Positions 16,817 through 25,909 of a DNA stretch of 64,000 bases are shown piece after piece. The first letter of the stretch is position 1, and each line of letters begins with the position of its first letter. Location of the stretch: IMG/VR virus record IMGVR_UViG_3300043411_000921, positions 1 through 64,000 of that record; one strand, written 5' to 3'. Below the pieces are notes generated by a model that saw only the letters and a program-made list of their open reading frames with translations, was not told where the DNA came from and ran no database searches. Both the position numbers and the translations under genes were made by a program.

Positions 16817-17052
16817 TGCTCTTCCTTTTCTGGGTAAACGATTTCAACACTGGGCCAGTTTTCTCTCAGCCAACCTTCAATCGTGGAAGCTCTAACCAAG
16901 TGAGTTTCTCCAGATAGCCACAGCGTCTTGGCGATGTAAGGTTCGTTAGGATTGTCAGCCTTGTTCCAACACAAAATCACAAAAGAGAACTTTCCGTCTT
17001 TGTGATGAAACAGTGTTCCGGCTGGGAATTTGTCTTTTGTGGTTTGGTTCAT
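16813..17052 (-). CDS. Array-family protein
   Basis: FPAGTLF; FVILCW. Confidence 0.7.
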   Translation of the reverse strand: MNQTTKDKFPAGTLFHHKDGKFSFVILCWNKADNPNEPYIAKTLWLSGETHLVRASTIEGWLRENWPSVEIVYPEKEEQ

Positions 17053-17264
17053 TGTTGAGAAGGTTTAGGTGGGAGTAGGACCAAAGTGTTGTCTTGTAAC
17101 GAACAATGATGAATGGTTGTGTAGTGATGACTCGTAACGAATCCATCGGCATTCATGATTTCTACTTCAGGGAATTGTGTCCAAGAAAGGATTAGAAAAG
17201 AAGCCATTGAACGCACAAACAATGTCCCTGGAGGAAATTGTTCTTGAATGGTCTGGGGATTCAT
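17049..17264 (-). CDS. Array-family protein
   Basis: FPPGTLF; FLILSW; MNADG. Confidence 0.7.
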   Translation of the reverse strand: MNPQTIQEQFPPGTLFVRSMASFLILSWTQFPEVEIMNADGFVTSHHYTTIHHCSLQDNTLVLLPPKPSQQ

Positions 17265-17497
17265 GTTGTGGTTGTTTGTTGGTGAGACGAAAAGATTTCA
17301 AATTGAATTGGAAACCCGCCACGGATGTCTGAATTGGGGCAAAGCGATTTTAAGGACATGCTAGATCTTTTGAATTCGATTTCACCATCCTCGAACAACA
17401 CGGTTGCCCGCTTCCCATCGCTCCTCCAGGCAAGAATCAAAACTGACCAGCAATCAGAAGACAACAATGTCCCAACAGGAAACTGATCCTTTGTCAT
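17261..17497 (-). CDS. Array-family protein
   Basis: FPVGTLL; VLILAW; LFEDG. Confidence 0.7.
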   Translation of the reverse strand: MTKDQFPVGTLLSSDCWSVLILAWRSDGKRATVLFEDGEIEFKRSSMSLKSLCPNSDIRGGFPIQFEIFSSHQQTTTT

Positions 17498-17499
17498 AA

Positions 17500-17739
17500 T
17501 CACTCCTCTGAGGTTGATGGCGGAAGAACAATTTGAGTGTTTGGCCACAAAGAGCCTTTGTGGATTATCTCGAAACTAAAAGTCATAATTCGACCACGAC
17601 CTTCCAACACCTCAGCCTGTTCCGTCTCATCGCACCAAGAAACAATCAATTCCACTGCATAGAACTTGTTCTTATTCGTGGAGTGATACAAGATCATGGT
17701 TCCAATTGGGAACCGAGCTTTCACGTCTTGAAAATTCAT
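17500..17739 (-). CDS. Array-family protein
   Basis: FPIGTMI; LIVSW. Confidence 0.7.
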   Translation of the reverse strand: MNFQDVKARFPIGTMILYHSTNKNKFYAVELIVSWCDETEQAEVLEGRGRIMTFSFEIIHKGSLWPNTQIVLPPSTSEE

Positions 17740-17748
17740 TTGGTGCTT

Positions 17749-17976
17749 CTAGTCTTCTGTGTCGGGGTTGGGTGGGATGATAGTAACATACTTGCATTCT
17801 GCTGGCCAGAAGAAAATACTCTGAACCACGCCACTCGGCCAAAGAACATCATAAGCCGAAGCAGGAGGATACTGACATGATTTTTGTTTGAGCACGACGG
17901 CAACGTATTCCCCCATGTATCCAAAAAACACGAGAGACCCAGGTGCAATGTTTTTGAGATCTTCTGGTGTTGTCAC
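17749..17976 (-). CDS. Array-family protein
   Basis: IAPGSLV; VLWPSG. Confidence 0.65.
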   Translation of the reverse strand: MTTPEDLKNIAPGSLVFFGYMGEYVAVVLKQKSCQYPPASAYDVLWPSGVVQSIFFWPAECKYVTIIPPNPDTED

Positions 17977-18233
17977 TTTGAGTTTTCCTCATCATGATCT
18001 GGGGAATAGATTAAAAAGTCGTAAACCCTGCCCTTGAAACTTTGCAAAAAATACTTGGCCTTTATCCCAGACTTTCCACTTAAGCCAATGAAGCTAGTTG
18101 TGCCATCACAATACGTCATATCCCTCTGTTCGGTTTTTACGTTATCCAGAACAAGACAGATGATTTCCTTTGTGGTTGATAGAACAATCAACGCTCCAGG
18201 AACGATATCTTTGGGGTTCTGGGAGATGGTCAT
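17973..18233 (-). CDS. Array-family protein
   Basis: IVPGALI; CLVL. Confidence 0.7.
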   Translation of the reverse strand: MTISQNPKDIVPGALIVLSTTKEIICLVLDNVKTEQRDMTYCDGTTSFIGLSGKSGIKAKYFLQSFKGRVYDFLIYSPDHDEENSK

Positions 18234-18547
18234 GGCTCGTTTCCAGTTGGAAGTAGAATGTAATAGTTGTCCCAAACAATCTCATCGTAGTATCTGTTCT
18301 GGACTCCTTCGACACAAAACTTGTGTTTTTCTCCCGTTACACCGTGTAACCCTGTGAAATACACACTCCAACGAATCTCGTCGCTCAAAAAAGCCCAATC
18401 CCGGCGAGATTCGTTGGAACAATGCACATCCCCCAAAACCAAAAGGTTCACATAAGTTGATGGATCACGACTGACAAAAAGTGTTCCTGGAACAATCTGC
18501 CTCGGGTGAATACCATAGAAAGAATTCTCATACTCCGCATCTGTCAC
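18230..18547 (-). CDS. Array-family protein
   Basis: IVPGTLF; LLVL. Confidence 0.7.
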   Translation of the reverse strand: MTDAEYENSFYGIHPRQIVPGTLFVSRDPSTYVNLLVLGDVHCSNESRRDWAFLSDEIRWSVYFTGLHGVTGEKHKFCVEGVQNRYYDEIVWDNYYILLPTGNEP

Positions 18548-18816
18548 AAGAAAGCTTCCTTTCTGACGTAACAGATACCACTTGGTCCAAGAATCTTCAC
18601 AAAGTTTCGACCAAACGGATCTCGTTCGCCAGTTTCAAGAAACACAACAGGTTTGCCGGATGGAAGTTTTTCATTGGTTTGGAACCAATGCCTTTTCACA
18701 ATTCTATACTTACACGCTTCATCAGGACGACACTCAACTTCCCAGATTGCTGCTCCCATTGCATTCTTCACAAAGATCAGGTTGCCAACCTCAAACACAT
18801 TCTTTGCCATCGTCAT
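18544..18816 (-). CDS. Array-family protein
   Basis: FEVGNLI; PVVFL; ILGPSG. Confidence 0.7.
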   Translation of the reverse strand: MTMAKNVFEVGNLIFVKNAMGAAIWEVECRPDEACKYRIVKRHWFQTNEKLPSGKPVVFLETGERDPFGRNFVKILGPSGICYVRKEAFL

Positions 18817-19090
18817 CACCTTGCTCGTTTGCGAATCTTTCCAGTTCGAGAGCTTGGTAACGGCATAGCACTTGCTCACCTCCCGGCGCAAGTAGATTCC
18901 ACACCTCACCATCTTCTTCCACTTCCAAACAAAGAAAAAGTGTGTTGGAAGGAAATTCAAGAATACCCATAGAAGCTATTTTCCCCCAGAAACGAACAGG
19001 AGTTTCAACAAACTCTTTCTTCTGGCGAACCAAATCCCCCGGCTCAAAAGAATTCCACCACCGTTTCAAATGGCTGCTACCATTGATCAT
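18791..19090 (-). CDS. Array-family protein
   Basis: FEPGDLV; LFLCL; LLAPGG. Confidence 0.7.
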   Translation of the reverse strand: MINGSSHLKRWWNSFEPGDLVRQKKEFVETPVRFWGKIASMGILEFPSNTLFLCLEVEEDGEVWNLLAPGGEQVLCRYQALELERFANEQGDDDGKECV

Positions 19091-19093
19091 AGA

Positions 19094-19190
19094 TCGTTCC
19101 AGGATGCTTTGTAGTGACAGGAAAACGTTTGGACGGATTGGAGTGTGTTGGGAAAAAGGAAGGCGCCAATAAGGCGTATACGGTCAAGGC
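19094..19190. repeat. Dispersed ~110-bp element, copy G
   Basis: CGTTCCAGGATGCTTT; fills the intergenic gap. Confidence 0.55.
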
Positions 19191-19477
19191 TGTTGTAGCT
19201 CGTAGTTGTAAACCCAACCCGTGCAGCCATATGGACCCGGAACTTCAACCCAAACCGCATCTTTCCAACCGTCGTTTGTTCCGCGGTAGACAACCTTGGT
19301 CCCAGCAGGATAGAACGTGGGATTTTTGGAGTCATCTGGATCAGCGTTGAAAACAATTCGGACTTCTGGGGTGTGTCGCATTGTGGAAGTGTGGAACGGC
19401 TGGAGTTGATAAGTCTCCCCAGGAACGAGGTTGATTGGTGGTGGAGGAAAATTGGGCTTGCTGATGTTTTGAATCAT
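19184..19477 (-). CDS. Array-family protein (SH3-like)
   Basis: LVPGETY; PAGTKVV; GCTGWV. Confidence 0.7.
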   Translation of the reverse strand: MIQNISKPNFPPPPINLVPGETYQLQPFHTSTMRHTPEVRIVFNADPDDSKNPTFYPAGTKVVYRGTNDGWKDAVWVEVPGPYGCTGWVYNYELQQP

Positions 19478-19587
19478 GGTGGTGCTTCGTTGCCTTTCTG
19501 AGAATCAGTGTTGGTTCAGAGGATACTGTTGTAGGACTGCTAACCGTTAATCAAAAGTGCTACAACTGGATATGACTAGGTGTTACA

Positions 19588-19911
19588 ATGAATGAACGTG
19601 ATTTTCTGTATTGGTTAAATGGGTTTTTGGAACTTTCCGGTTCAGTGACGCTAAACGAAAAACAAGTGCGGGTTATCAAAGAACACATTGCTCTTGTGAT
19701 GACCAAGGTAACTCCATCTTCTGTTGGATCTCCCACAAACGACTCTTGGCTCGCGGGGCACTTTGTTTCGGGTAAAGATTGGATGAATCCTCCTAACACA
19801 TTTGATCAATGTGACAAGTGCAAAAAGCCCTGCTCAGAAGCAGGCGGAATGTGTAGAAAGTGCATGGAAACTACCAATATATCTAACGTCAAGACCCATT
19901 TGTCTTGTTGA
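19588..19911 (+). CDS. Conserved-looking phage protein (FxYWLxGFxE...IKxHxxLV) with C-terminal Cys cluster
   Basis: Motif recognition; counter-oriented within the array. Confidence 0.75.
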   Translation: MNERDFLYWLNGFLELSGSVTLNEKQVRVIKEHIALVMTKVTPSSVGSPTNDSWLAGHFVSGKDWMNPPNTFDQCDKCKKPCSEAGGMCRKCMETTNISNVKTHLSC

Positions 19912-19925
19912 GAACTTTCGAGTGG

Positions 19926-20067
19926 TTATTCAACACTCTGATCTTTTTTCTGAATGAGAGTGATTTCACGATAGAAGACTGGCCGTGTGTTTCCATCGCT
20001 CCCCGAACCAATGATCAAGGTTGATGGGTGGAGGAGGAAGATTGGGCCTACTGATGTTCTGAGTCAT
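19926..20067 (-). pseudogene. Chimeric remnant of array-family genes
   Basis: MTQNISRPNLPPPPINL (duplicate of the 19477 start) fused out of frame to LIIGSGSDGNTRPVFYREITLIQKK. Confidence 0.6.
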
Positions 20068-20372
20068 GTTGTTGTCTTATTACCTTTCTGAACGAGGGTG
20101 AATTCGTAGGAAAACAGTGGTCTAGCAACTCCAACCCCATCCAGACCAATGAACAGATGGGATTCTCCAGAAAAGTTTTCAATCAAATCAACAACAATCA
20201 AGAAAGAATTTCTTGACAATCCCTCCTTGATTTTAGCGAATTTCCACCAATTTCCGGTTTGAGAGATCAAACTAGCGGTGGTGCCGGTGGATTTGTCAAA
20301 CAGGGTAGCTGATTCCTTGAGCGGATATTTTCTCGTATATTGAATCAAATCACCTATCTTCGTCATAGACAT
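20064..20372 (-). CDS. Array-family protein
   Basis: KIGDLI; LIVVD; EFTLVQK. Confidence 0.7.
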   Translation of the reverse strand: MSMTKIGDLIQYTRKYPLKESATLFDKSTGTTASLISQTGNWWKFAKIKEGLSRNSFLIVVDLIENFSGESHLFIGLDGVGVARPLFSYEFTLVQKGNKTTT

Positions 20373-20704
20373 TCTTCACCATTCCCTCTCTGGATCAATG
20401 TGAGTTCATCTGCACCAAACGGTTTATACTCTCCACTTGGGAAAAAACAAACAAACAGTTCGAGTTTGTCATCAAGGAAGTAAGAGTCAACAATAACAGC
20501 ACTCAAAGAACTTGACACACTAGCAGCAGCATTAGAAAACCTGTAAAACCAAAACAAACCATTGTTTGAACGTGGCAAAGTAGTTCTGTTTTGTGTTGGC
20601 GATGCCGAAACGTGGCGACGTACTTTGTAAGATGTGCGCCGTGCTACAACCAAGTCACCAATCTCAAAAAATTCCCCCGCGTTTTTCTTTGTTTTCAAAG
20701 ACAT
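20363..20704 (-). CDS. Array-family protein
   Basis: FEIGDLV; FFPSG; ELTLIQR. Confidence 0.7.
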   Translation of the reverse strand: MSLKTKKNAGEFFEIGDLVVARRTSYKVRRHVSASPTQNRTTLPRSNNGLFWFYRFSNAAASVSSSLSAVIVDSYFLDDKLELFVCFFPSGEYKPFGADELTLIQRGNGEECL

Positions 20705-21084
20705 TCCTTCGGATTTCCTTCTGCAAGAACTTCATAGAGTTTGTTGGCTCTTGGAGAAAAAACACAAACACCTTGTTCAACATCCAACAAGACGCACCAA
20801 AAACTTTGTGTTTTTGGGTTGAACTTGACATCCATGCAGATGAATTTGTCCTCTGCGCTTAGGATTACAAGGTTCATTCGCCTTTTTGGACCATCATACT
20901 CTAGGCCGCAATTCGATGGATGCAAAACATATCGCCACCTCCCCTCTGTTTCCTCAACAACGGTAAAGTCGTTATTCTGATCATTGGTCACTTCGAAGAA
21001 ACCTCTTGTTCCCCTGTAACCGTCGCGCACATCAGGAATAAAACCAATCAAGTCCCCAAGTTTCATGGAAGACAACTGTTTCAC
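20695..21084 (-). CDS. Array-family protein
   Basis: MKLGDLI; LLDVEQG. Confidence 0.65.
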   Translation of the reverse strand: MKQLSSMKLGDLIGFIPDVRDGYRGTRGFFEVTNDQNNDFTVVEETEGRWRYVLHPSNCGLEYDGPKRRMNLVILSAEDKFICMDVKFNPKTQSFWCVLLDVEQGVCVFSPRANKLYEVLAEGNPKECL

Positions 21085-21371
21085 TGCTTTTCTGCTTGAA
21101 TACGGCTGATCGAGTCTGCCTTCTCAATAGCCAAAACAGACAACACAGCAAAAGCGACAAAAAAGAGGAAAACAATTTCTCGAAACAACTCACCAGGCGG
21201 GGAAGGGAGAATGGGAATGGAGGCGAGGATTGCAAACGCGGTTAGGATATGACAAACAAACCCGGCAAAACCAAGCCCGTTCCAGAACTTGAACCAATCA
21301 TACTTGAGAGGAGTTGGCGGCACCTTTGGAGGTTGCCAAGGAAAACGATAAGGGTGCGTGTTGTTGCTCAT
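21081..21371 (-). CDS. Small membrane protein (leaderless promoter TTGCCA-18-TATGGT-6-ATG)
   Basis: Two TM segments; promoter 21378-21407. Confidence 0.6.
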   Translation of the reverse strand: MSNNTHPYRFPWQPPKVPPTPLKYDWFKFWNGLGFAGFVCHILTAFAILASIPILPSPPGELFREIVFLFFVAFAVLSVLAIEKADSISRIQAEKQ

Positions 21372-21428
21372 ACCCAAACCATACCACAGACCAATAACCC
21401 TTGGCAACAACAAAATACAACAGGCCAC

Positions 21429-21530
21429 AAATCGCTCCAGGAGGCTTTTCCTGGCATGAGAATATCTCGGATGGATTGGGGGTCGTTGAAAAGATTTGGC
21501 GGCACTGCTGAGGCTTGTGGAGCGACTGAG
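21429..21530. repeat. Dispersed ~110-bp element, copy C
   Basis: AAATCGCTCCAGGAGGCTTTT identical to copy A. Confidence 0.65.
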
Positions 21531-21544
21531 AGGGCGTTGGAATG

Positions 21545-21826
21545 TCAGAGGAAGGTTGAGTTGGGATCATGGAACGAGAACCCAGGAACTCTTTTCTGAA
21601 ACTGGATGCAAACGCGGCTGTTGGAATCATTTGGACTAACAACAGAAAAGAAAAGATGTGTGCGATTGTCAAACTCTTCATCAAACACCTCAAATAAAAA
21701 CTTGGTCAAGCAGATATGTTTGCCATCTTCTTGTTCGATCAGCAAGCCGGGGAAGAAGTCATCTTTGGTGAAGAAAGTGATATGGGTTAGTGAGTCTTTG
21801 AGAGAAAGGAAATTGGGTTTGGTCAT
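21545..21826 (-). CDS. Array-family-like protein
   Basis: FFPGLLI; VVSPND. Confidence 0.55.
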   Translation of the reverse strand: MTKPNFLSLKDSLTHITFFTKDDFFPGLLIEQEDGKHICLTKFLFEVFDEEFDNRTHLFFSVVSPNDSNSRVCIQFQKRVPGFSFHDPNSTFL

Positions 21827-22062
21827 GTCTCGCTTGGTTTTTCTGCCACTGCTAAAAGTTCGAGGAAAGTGGAATCAATGGTTTTTGTCTCACCTGCAAG
21901 ATTGCAAATTTTCAAACTTTGGTACGGTTTTGCTCCTGGATAGCAGACCGTGTTTGACACGATCTCAACAACAATTCCTTTTTTGAGGTCACTTTTATCA
22001 GTGATTATTCTGATCTTTACCAAATCACCGACACAGAATTTTCTGGATGTTGTGTTATTCAT
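21823..22062 (-). CDS. Array-family protein (KOW-like)
   Basis: FCVGDLVKI..KGIVVEI. Confidence 0.7.
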   Translation of the reverse strand: MNNTTSRKFCVGDLVKIRIITDKSDLKKGIVVEIVSNTVCYPGAKPYQSLKICNLAGETKTIDSTFLELLAVAEKPSET

Positions 22063-22285
22063 CGGATGTGTCAGTTTCAACGAGGGTCAACCTGGATTCA
22101 AACAACCAGATTTGTTGTCCTGTGGTTGAGTCAAGAAGGCAGACGAATCCTGCCTTTTCCTCACCGCCACCAAGGTTCTTCATGTACCGAACCTGGAGAA
22201 CAATACCAGCGCCTTTGTACGAATATTCATCGTCACCAACCCCACGAACCAAATCGCCGGGTTTGAACTTTGATTCAGATTTCAT
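22055..22285 (-). CDS. Array-family protein (KOW-like)
   Basis: FKPGDLV..GIVLQV; LLDSTTG. Confidence 0.7.
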   Translation of the reverse strand: MKSESKFKPGDLVRGVGDDEYSYKGAGIVLQVRYMKNLGGGEEKAGFVCLLDSTTGQQIWLFESRLTLVETDTSDE

Positions 22286-22599
22286 GCCTCCTCGGATTCT
22301 TTCGTCAATTCCCAGTTTTTATGGAACAGTCTGCCATCATAGAAGTCTGAGTCGCTGAACCTTGTAAAAATCTCTCCGTGGTCTGGATGCAGCCATCGAA
22401 ACTTACAACCAATCCTGTCAACACTGAGAAGAACACACAACTCTCCCGGAACAATCATCACTGATCTACTGGCAGGTAGTTTGGTGTTTCGCCCGCCAAA
22501 AGCAACTCCAACACGAAATTCTTGCCCTTCACGCTCGTAACGAACATGATTCAGACAGCGGAACAATCTACCAACCTTGTAAACTGAATTCTTGATCAT
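22282..22599 (-). CDS. Array-family protein
   Basis: YKVGRLF; PGELCVLL; WLHPDHG. Confidence 0.7.
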   Translation of the reverse strand: MIKNSVYKVGRLFRCLNHVRYEREGQEFRVGVAFGGRNTKLPASRSVMIVPGELCVLLSVDRIGCKFRWLHPDHGEIFTRFSDSDFYDGRLFHKNWELTKESEEA

Positions 22600-22846
22600 G
22601 TTTGGTTCCCTTCCTTCTCTCCCCTGGAAATCCTCTTAAACCATGTTTCTGTGCCTTTGCAGGTTTCACTGGCGAAATACAACGAAATCTTAACTTTTCC
22701 GAGTTCTGGGCTCAAGAGCGTCGCCTGAGCGGTTTTGATTTCATGTTCGTCGTTTAAGATGGAAGAAAGAACAACAACCCGATTCCCCTTCTTGAGTTCG
22801 AGGAAACAAGTTCATACAACTCACCAGGAACAAGATCAAAAATCAT
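22596..22846 (-). pseudogene. Frameshifted array-family gene
   Basis: MIFDLVPGELYELVS in one frame; LELKKGNRVVVL...LLSPELGKV...GNQT* in another, ending in ATGA overlap. Confidence 0.7.
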
Positions 22847-23118
22847 AGATTCTTCTCCTCGTCTACAACAACAAGGATGAGTGAAAGCGGTTCCTTGTGT
22901 GCTTGAAAAAGAATCACTTGCCCGTGTTTGGGAGAAAGGAATGTGTATTCGTCGTACAACCCATAACCCTCTTCGACAACTCTTTGGCCCATGAAAACAA
23001 GCAACTCGTCTGCCTCCAACCGACATTGTTTTCCTCCCCCGTGCGTGTAGGCGAGGTTGTAGTAGTCGGGATCCAAACGATAAAGCTGGCCTGGAATGGG
23101 AGTTGGTTCACTCATCAT
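22843..23118 (-). CDS. Array-family protein
   Basis: PIPGQLY; LLVFMG; FLSPKHG. Confidence 0.7.
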   Translation of the reverse strand: MMSEPTPIPGQLYRLDPDYYNLAYTHGGGKQCRLEADELLVFMGQRVVEEGYGLYDEYTFLSPKHGQVILFQAHKEPLSLILVVVDEEKNL

Positions 23119-23374
23119 TTACTTCTTCAAACGGGTGCAGTCCCAGTGAAAAGTCATCTGGTTTTCTAAACAGAAAAGTACACTCCACAGTCTCATCAAA
23201 CTTTGGGCTTAGAAAAACAACTGTCAGAACTGGATGGTCGTAATTCTCAGACAGGAACACAAGACACTCGCCCTCGTTCAATTTAACTTCCTTCCCACTG
23301 TGAGTTAGGTTCCAATCCAACGCCCAGCCAAGTTTGTAAAGCCTCCCCAAAACCAAATTGGTTTTCTTAGTCAT
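23108..23374 (-). CDS. Array-family protein
   Basis: VLGRLY; GECLVFL; FLSPKF. Confidence 0.7.
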   Translation of the reverse strand: MTKKTNLVLGRLYKLGWALDWNLTHSGKEVKLNEGECLVFLSENYDHPVLTVVFLSPKFDETVECTFLFRKPDDFSLGLHPFEEVNDE

Positions 23375-23414
23375 ACTCCAACCACACAACTTTCATCGCG
23401 GCTCATTTGCTTGC

Positions 23415-23750
23415 TTAAACCTTCGTCAGAACAAAAACAACCTGACTTGCTCGGGTGCAAAAATACCACACCCCAACGACTGGATCCAGCAGAGTCAACT
23501 CTACCATCCCATTGTCCAACATGTCAATCCCCGTCACCACAAAGTTTTTGGAAAATGCAACACGACTGACACTAACTTTCTCCAGGTAGGCCGCAAAGGG
23601 ATCAAGGCGCCGACAAGAAATTCTCGTTACCCAACAGCGATCAACAACCTTCTCCCACCCACACAAATCTCCAGGGCTTAGAACATCAACTTGATTTTTG
23701 CTGTTCATCAGTTGAATTTGGAACTGCTGCTTTTCGTTGCCGCGATTCAT
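23415..23750 (-). CDS. Array-family protein
   Basis: LSPGDLC; LLDPVVG. Confidence 0.65.
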   Translation of the reverse strand: MNRGNEKQQFQIQLMNSKNQVDVLSPGDLCGWEKVVDRCWVTRISCRRLDPFAAYLEKVSVSRVAFSKNFVVTGIDMLDNGMVELTLLDPVVGVWYFCTRASQVVFVLTKV

Positions 23751-23992
23751 CCAGTAACCTCTTCGAAAAAAGAGCAAAGAAATTCCAAATGAACACGACC
23801 ATGAGGTTGGAAAAATCCAACCTTGCCGTGTTCTGGGGAAAGAAACATTCGGTCAACACCACTCTTGGGCCACGCACTGCCCCCCAGATATACCAACAAA
23901 TCTCCTTTGATGAATGTTTTTGGTTTTTCGCCGGAAGAAGTCACCGAACGAAGAACAATATATAACTTCCCGGTCTTAGAATCACTGATCAT
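23747..23992 (-). CDS. Array-family protein
   Basis: KTGKLY; KGDLLVYLG; FLSPEHG. Confidence 0.7.
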   Translation of the reverse strand: MISDSKTGKLYIVLRSVTSSGEKPKTFIKGDLLVYLGGSAWPKSGVDRMFLSPEHGKVGFFQPHGRVHLEFLCSFFEEVTG

Positions 23993-24272
23993 CGTCTGGG
24001 ATCCTCTCGAAGAAAAGTTCCCAATAGTCCGAACTCAATGCCATGTGAACCAAGCCGCCTTGGTCCTTCGATACAAAAGACAGAGCTTTGAATTCCTTTC
24101 CCCAAGACACATACGACTTGAAGCCCACAAAAACAAGAACATCGCCCACTTTGGCAATTTTTGCCAAAAGTTGATCGACTGTGGCATCGTTCCAATCAAC
24201 CTTATCACTAATCCAATAGTAACTTGTGATGAGGCGATATAAACCTCCTGGAACGAAGTAGTCAGTCATCAT
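23982..24272 (-). CDS. Array-family protein
   Basis: VPGGLY; VGDVLVFVG; FVSKDQG. Confidence 0.7.
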   Translation of the reverse strand: MMTDYFVPGGLYRLITSYYWISDKVDWNDATVDQLLAKIAKVGDVLVFVGFKSYVSWGKEFKALSFVSKDQGGLVHMALSSDYWELFFERIPDDDQ

Positions 24273-24579
24273 CACCACAACTCACAACTGGAACGAAGCT
24301 GTGTGAAAAGACCTCCTCCAGCCCTTCCTTGTTGGAATACAAGGAGGTGAGTGAAGTTTTTCCGTGGATTGGATCAAGAAAGTAAATTCGGTAAAACATG
24401 GGGTGTTTGTTATCGGAATCCAAATCGACACCAAGTCCCATAAAAACAACATTGCCACCTGTAACGGATTCGTAACAATCCATCCTGCGTGATTCGTCAA
24501 ATTCCCAACCATAATACACAGACACTTTCTGGGTGTAAACAAGTAACGTTCCGATCTCTGGGAATGTGTTGGCGTTCAT
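24262..24579 (-). CDS. Array-family protein
   Basis: PEIGTLL; VVFMG; FLDPIHG. Confidence 0.7.
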   Translation of the reverse strand: MNANTFPEIGTLLVYTQKVSVYYGWEFDESRRMDCYESVTGGNVVFMGLGVDLDSDNKHPMFYRIYFLDPIHGKTSLTSLYSNKEGLEEVFSHSFVPVVSCGDDD

Positions 24580-24971
24580 TGATCGGGTTCGTCGCTTTCT
24601 GTGTTTATTCGCTCGAAAGTGTCCAGGAAGGTTTTGATGGATTCAAGCCGATAGACGTAATGTGCGTGCCAGCACAAAATTCCCAGCCTCGGGTGAAGAA
24701 CTTCAATGTAATGACGATGGGAATAACCGTCAGACGTGTAGCCCTGTCCCAAGTACACTACTACATCCTTGTCGTAGTCGGAAGAAAAATAGTAGAACGG
24801 CTTCCTGCTTTCCGCGATGGCGCGGTGTGTCCCAATATCAAAGAAGAAAGTGAAATCAGAATTCACTTCAGGAAATCCATCATCCTTTTTGGGATTTTGC
24901 TCTGCTTTGGTTGCAAATCGAAGAAGAGTCCCAACTGGAAAGATCGGAAAGTCTGGTGTGTCATGCTTCAT
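24576..24971 (-). CDS. Array-family protein
   Basis: FPVGTLL; VVVYLG; VLHPRLG. Confidence 0.7.
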   Translation of the reverse strand: MKHDTPDFPIFPVGTLLRFATKAEQNPKKDDGFPEVNSDFTFFFDIGTHRAIAESRKPFYYFSSDYDKDVVVYLGQGYTSDGYSHRHYIEVLHPRLGILCWHAHYVYRLESIKTFLDTFERINTESDEPDQ

Positions 24972-25302
24972 CAGTCACAACTCTTTTGAAGGATTTTTGA
25001 ATCCTTTCAGCGACAGAACTACTGAGGCCGTTTACAACAAAAACCGCCATCGTTTTGCCGAAAACCGGATGAAGAATCCTGAAAACAACATAATGCCTGT
25101 ATTGAAACACCTCTCTTGCGGCAGGAAGCACGAGAATGAAATTCTCTGACTCTCCAATATCGACTTCATCATAATTGCCGGATTGAAAATCCCACGGATC
25201 TGGTGAATGAACAATGAACATTAGATCTTTTTTTGTCGCAAGGAGAGTCCCGGCACCCCAAGATTCGTATTCATTCACTTCGGTCAAGTTGTTATCTGTC
25301 AT
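24961..25302 (-). CDS. Array-family protein (DPW sub-family)
   Basis: GAGTLL; SPDPWD; ILHPVFG. Confidence 0.7.
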   Translation of the reverse strand: MTDNNLTEVNEYESWGAGTLLATKKDLMFIVHSPDPWDFQSGNYDEVDIGESENFILVLPAAREVFQYRHYVVFRILHPVFGKTMAVFVVNGLSSSVAERIQKSFKRVVTDEA

Positions 25303-25304
25303 GA

Positions 25305-25592
25305 TTACTCTTCCCCTGCTGATGTTGCAACTCTGAGATGTTTTGTGACACTTGCGTTGTAAGCAAAAGAAATCAACATCTTTCCACGAACCGGGTGAAC
25401 GCACAGCAATTCTTTATCTTGTTTCACCTCGCACAAGAGAACCAAATCTCCTGGAGACAAAGAGATCCACTCAGATCCGGCACTGTAAGTGAAATCCCAG
25501 GGGTCAGAATGGTTGATTATTGCAGCGGTATGAATTAAAACCTCAAGCAAGTCTCTGGGTTTGAATTGAATGTTGTCACTTGTCATCTTCAT
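25305..25592 (-). CDS. Array-family protein (DPW sub-family)
   Basis: FKPRDLL; SDPWD; PGDLVLLC; VHPVRG. Confidence 0.7.
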   Translation of the reverse strand: MKMTSDNIQFKPRDLLEVLIHTAAIINHSDPWDFTYSAGSEWISLSPGDLVLLCEVKQDKELLCVHPVRGKMLISFAYNASVTKHLRVATSAGEE

Positions 25593-25887
25593 CAACACCC
25601 ACAATTTCCAAGTTTTTCTTAATCTCCTCGACTGAAAAATTCAAACAGATTTTTCCATGAGCCGGGTGAAGTGCCGCCAAAGTTGTCAAACCAAACAAAT
25701 TTTCGAAAGGAGGTTTGCACAACATAACAAGATCGCCAAAAAAGACATGGAATTCTTTTGTTTGATCATCCGACTCATCAATCGGCTCCCAGGGATCTGG
25801 TGAATATTGATATCCTATGAGACCTTTTCTGTTGGTCACTCTCAACATTGTTCCTGGTTGTAGGGATGTTTTTTGATCATCATTCAT
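25576..25887 (-). CDS. Array-family protein (DPW sub-family)
   Basis: LQPGTML; SPDPWE; LHPAHG. Confidence 0.7.
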   Translation of the reverse strand: MNDDQKTSLQPGTMLRVTNRKGLIGYQYSPDPWEPIDESDDQTKEFHVFFGDLVMLCKPPFENLFGLTTLAALHPAHGKICLNFSVEEIKKNLEIVGVDEDDK

Positions 25888-25909
25888 CGTTTTTCACCAT
25901 TCACATCCG

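Noticed and set aside
22700-22740. Possible inverted eighth copy of the 110-bp element
   Set aside because: Only a weak left-arm resemblance, and it lies inside the coding remnant 22596..22846
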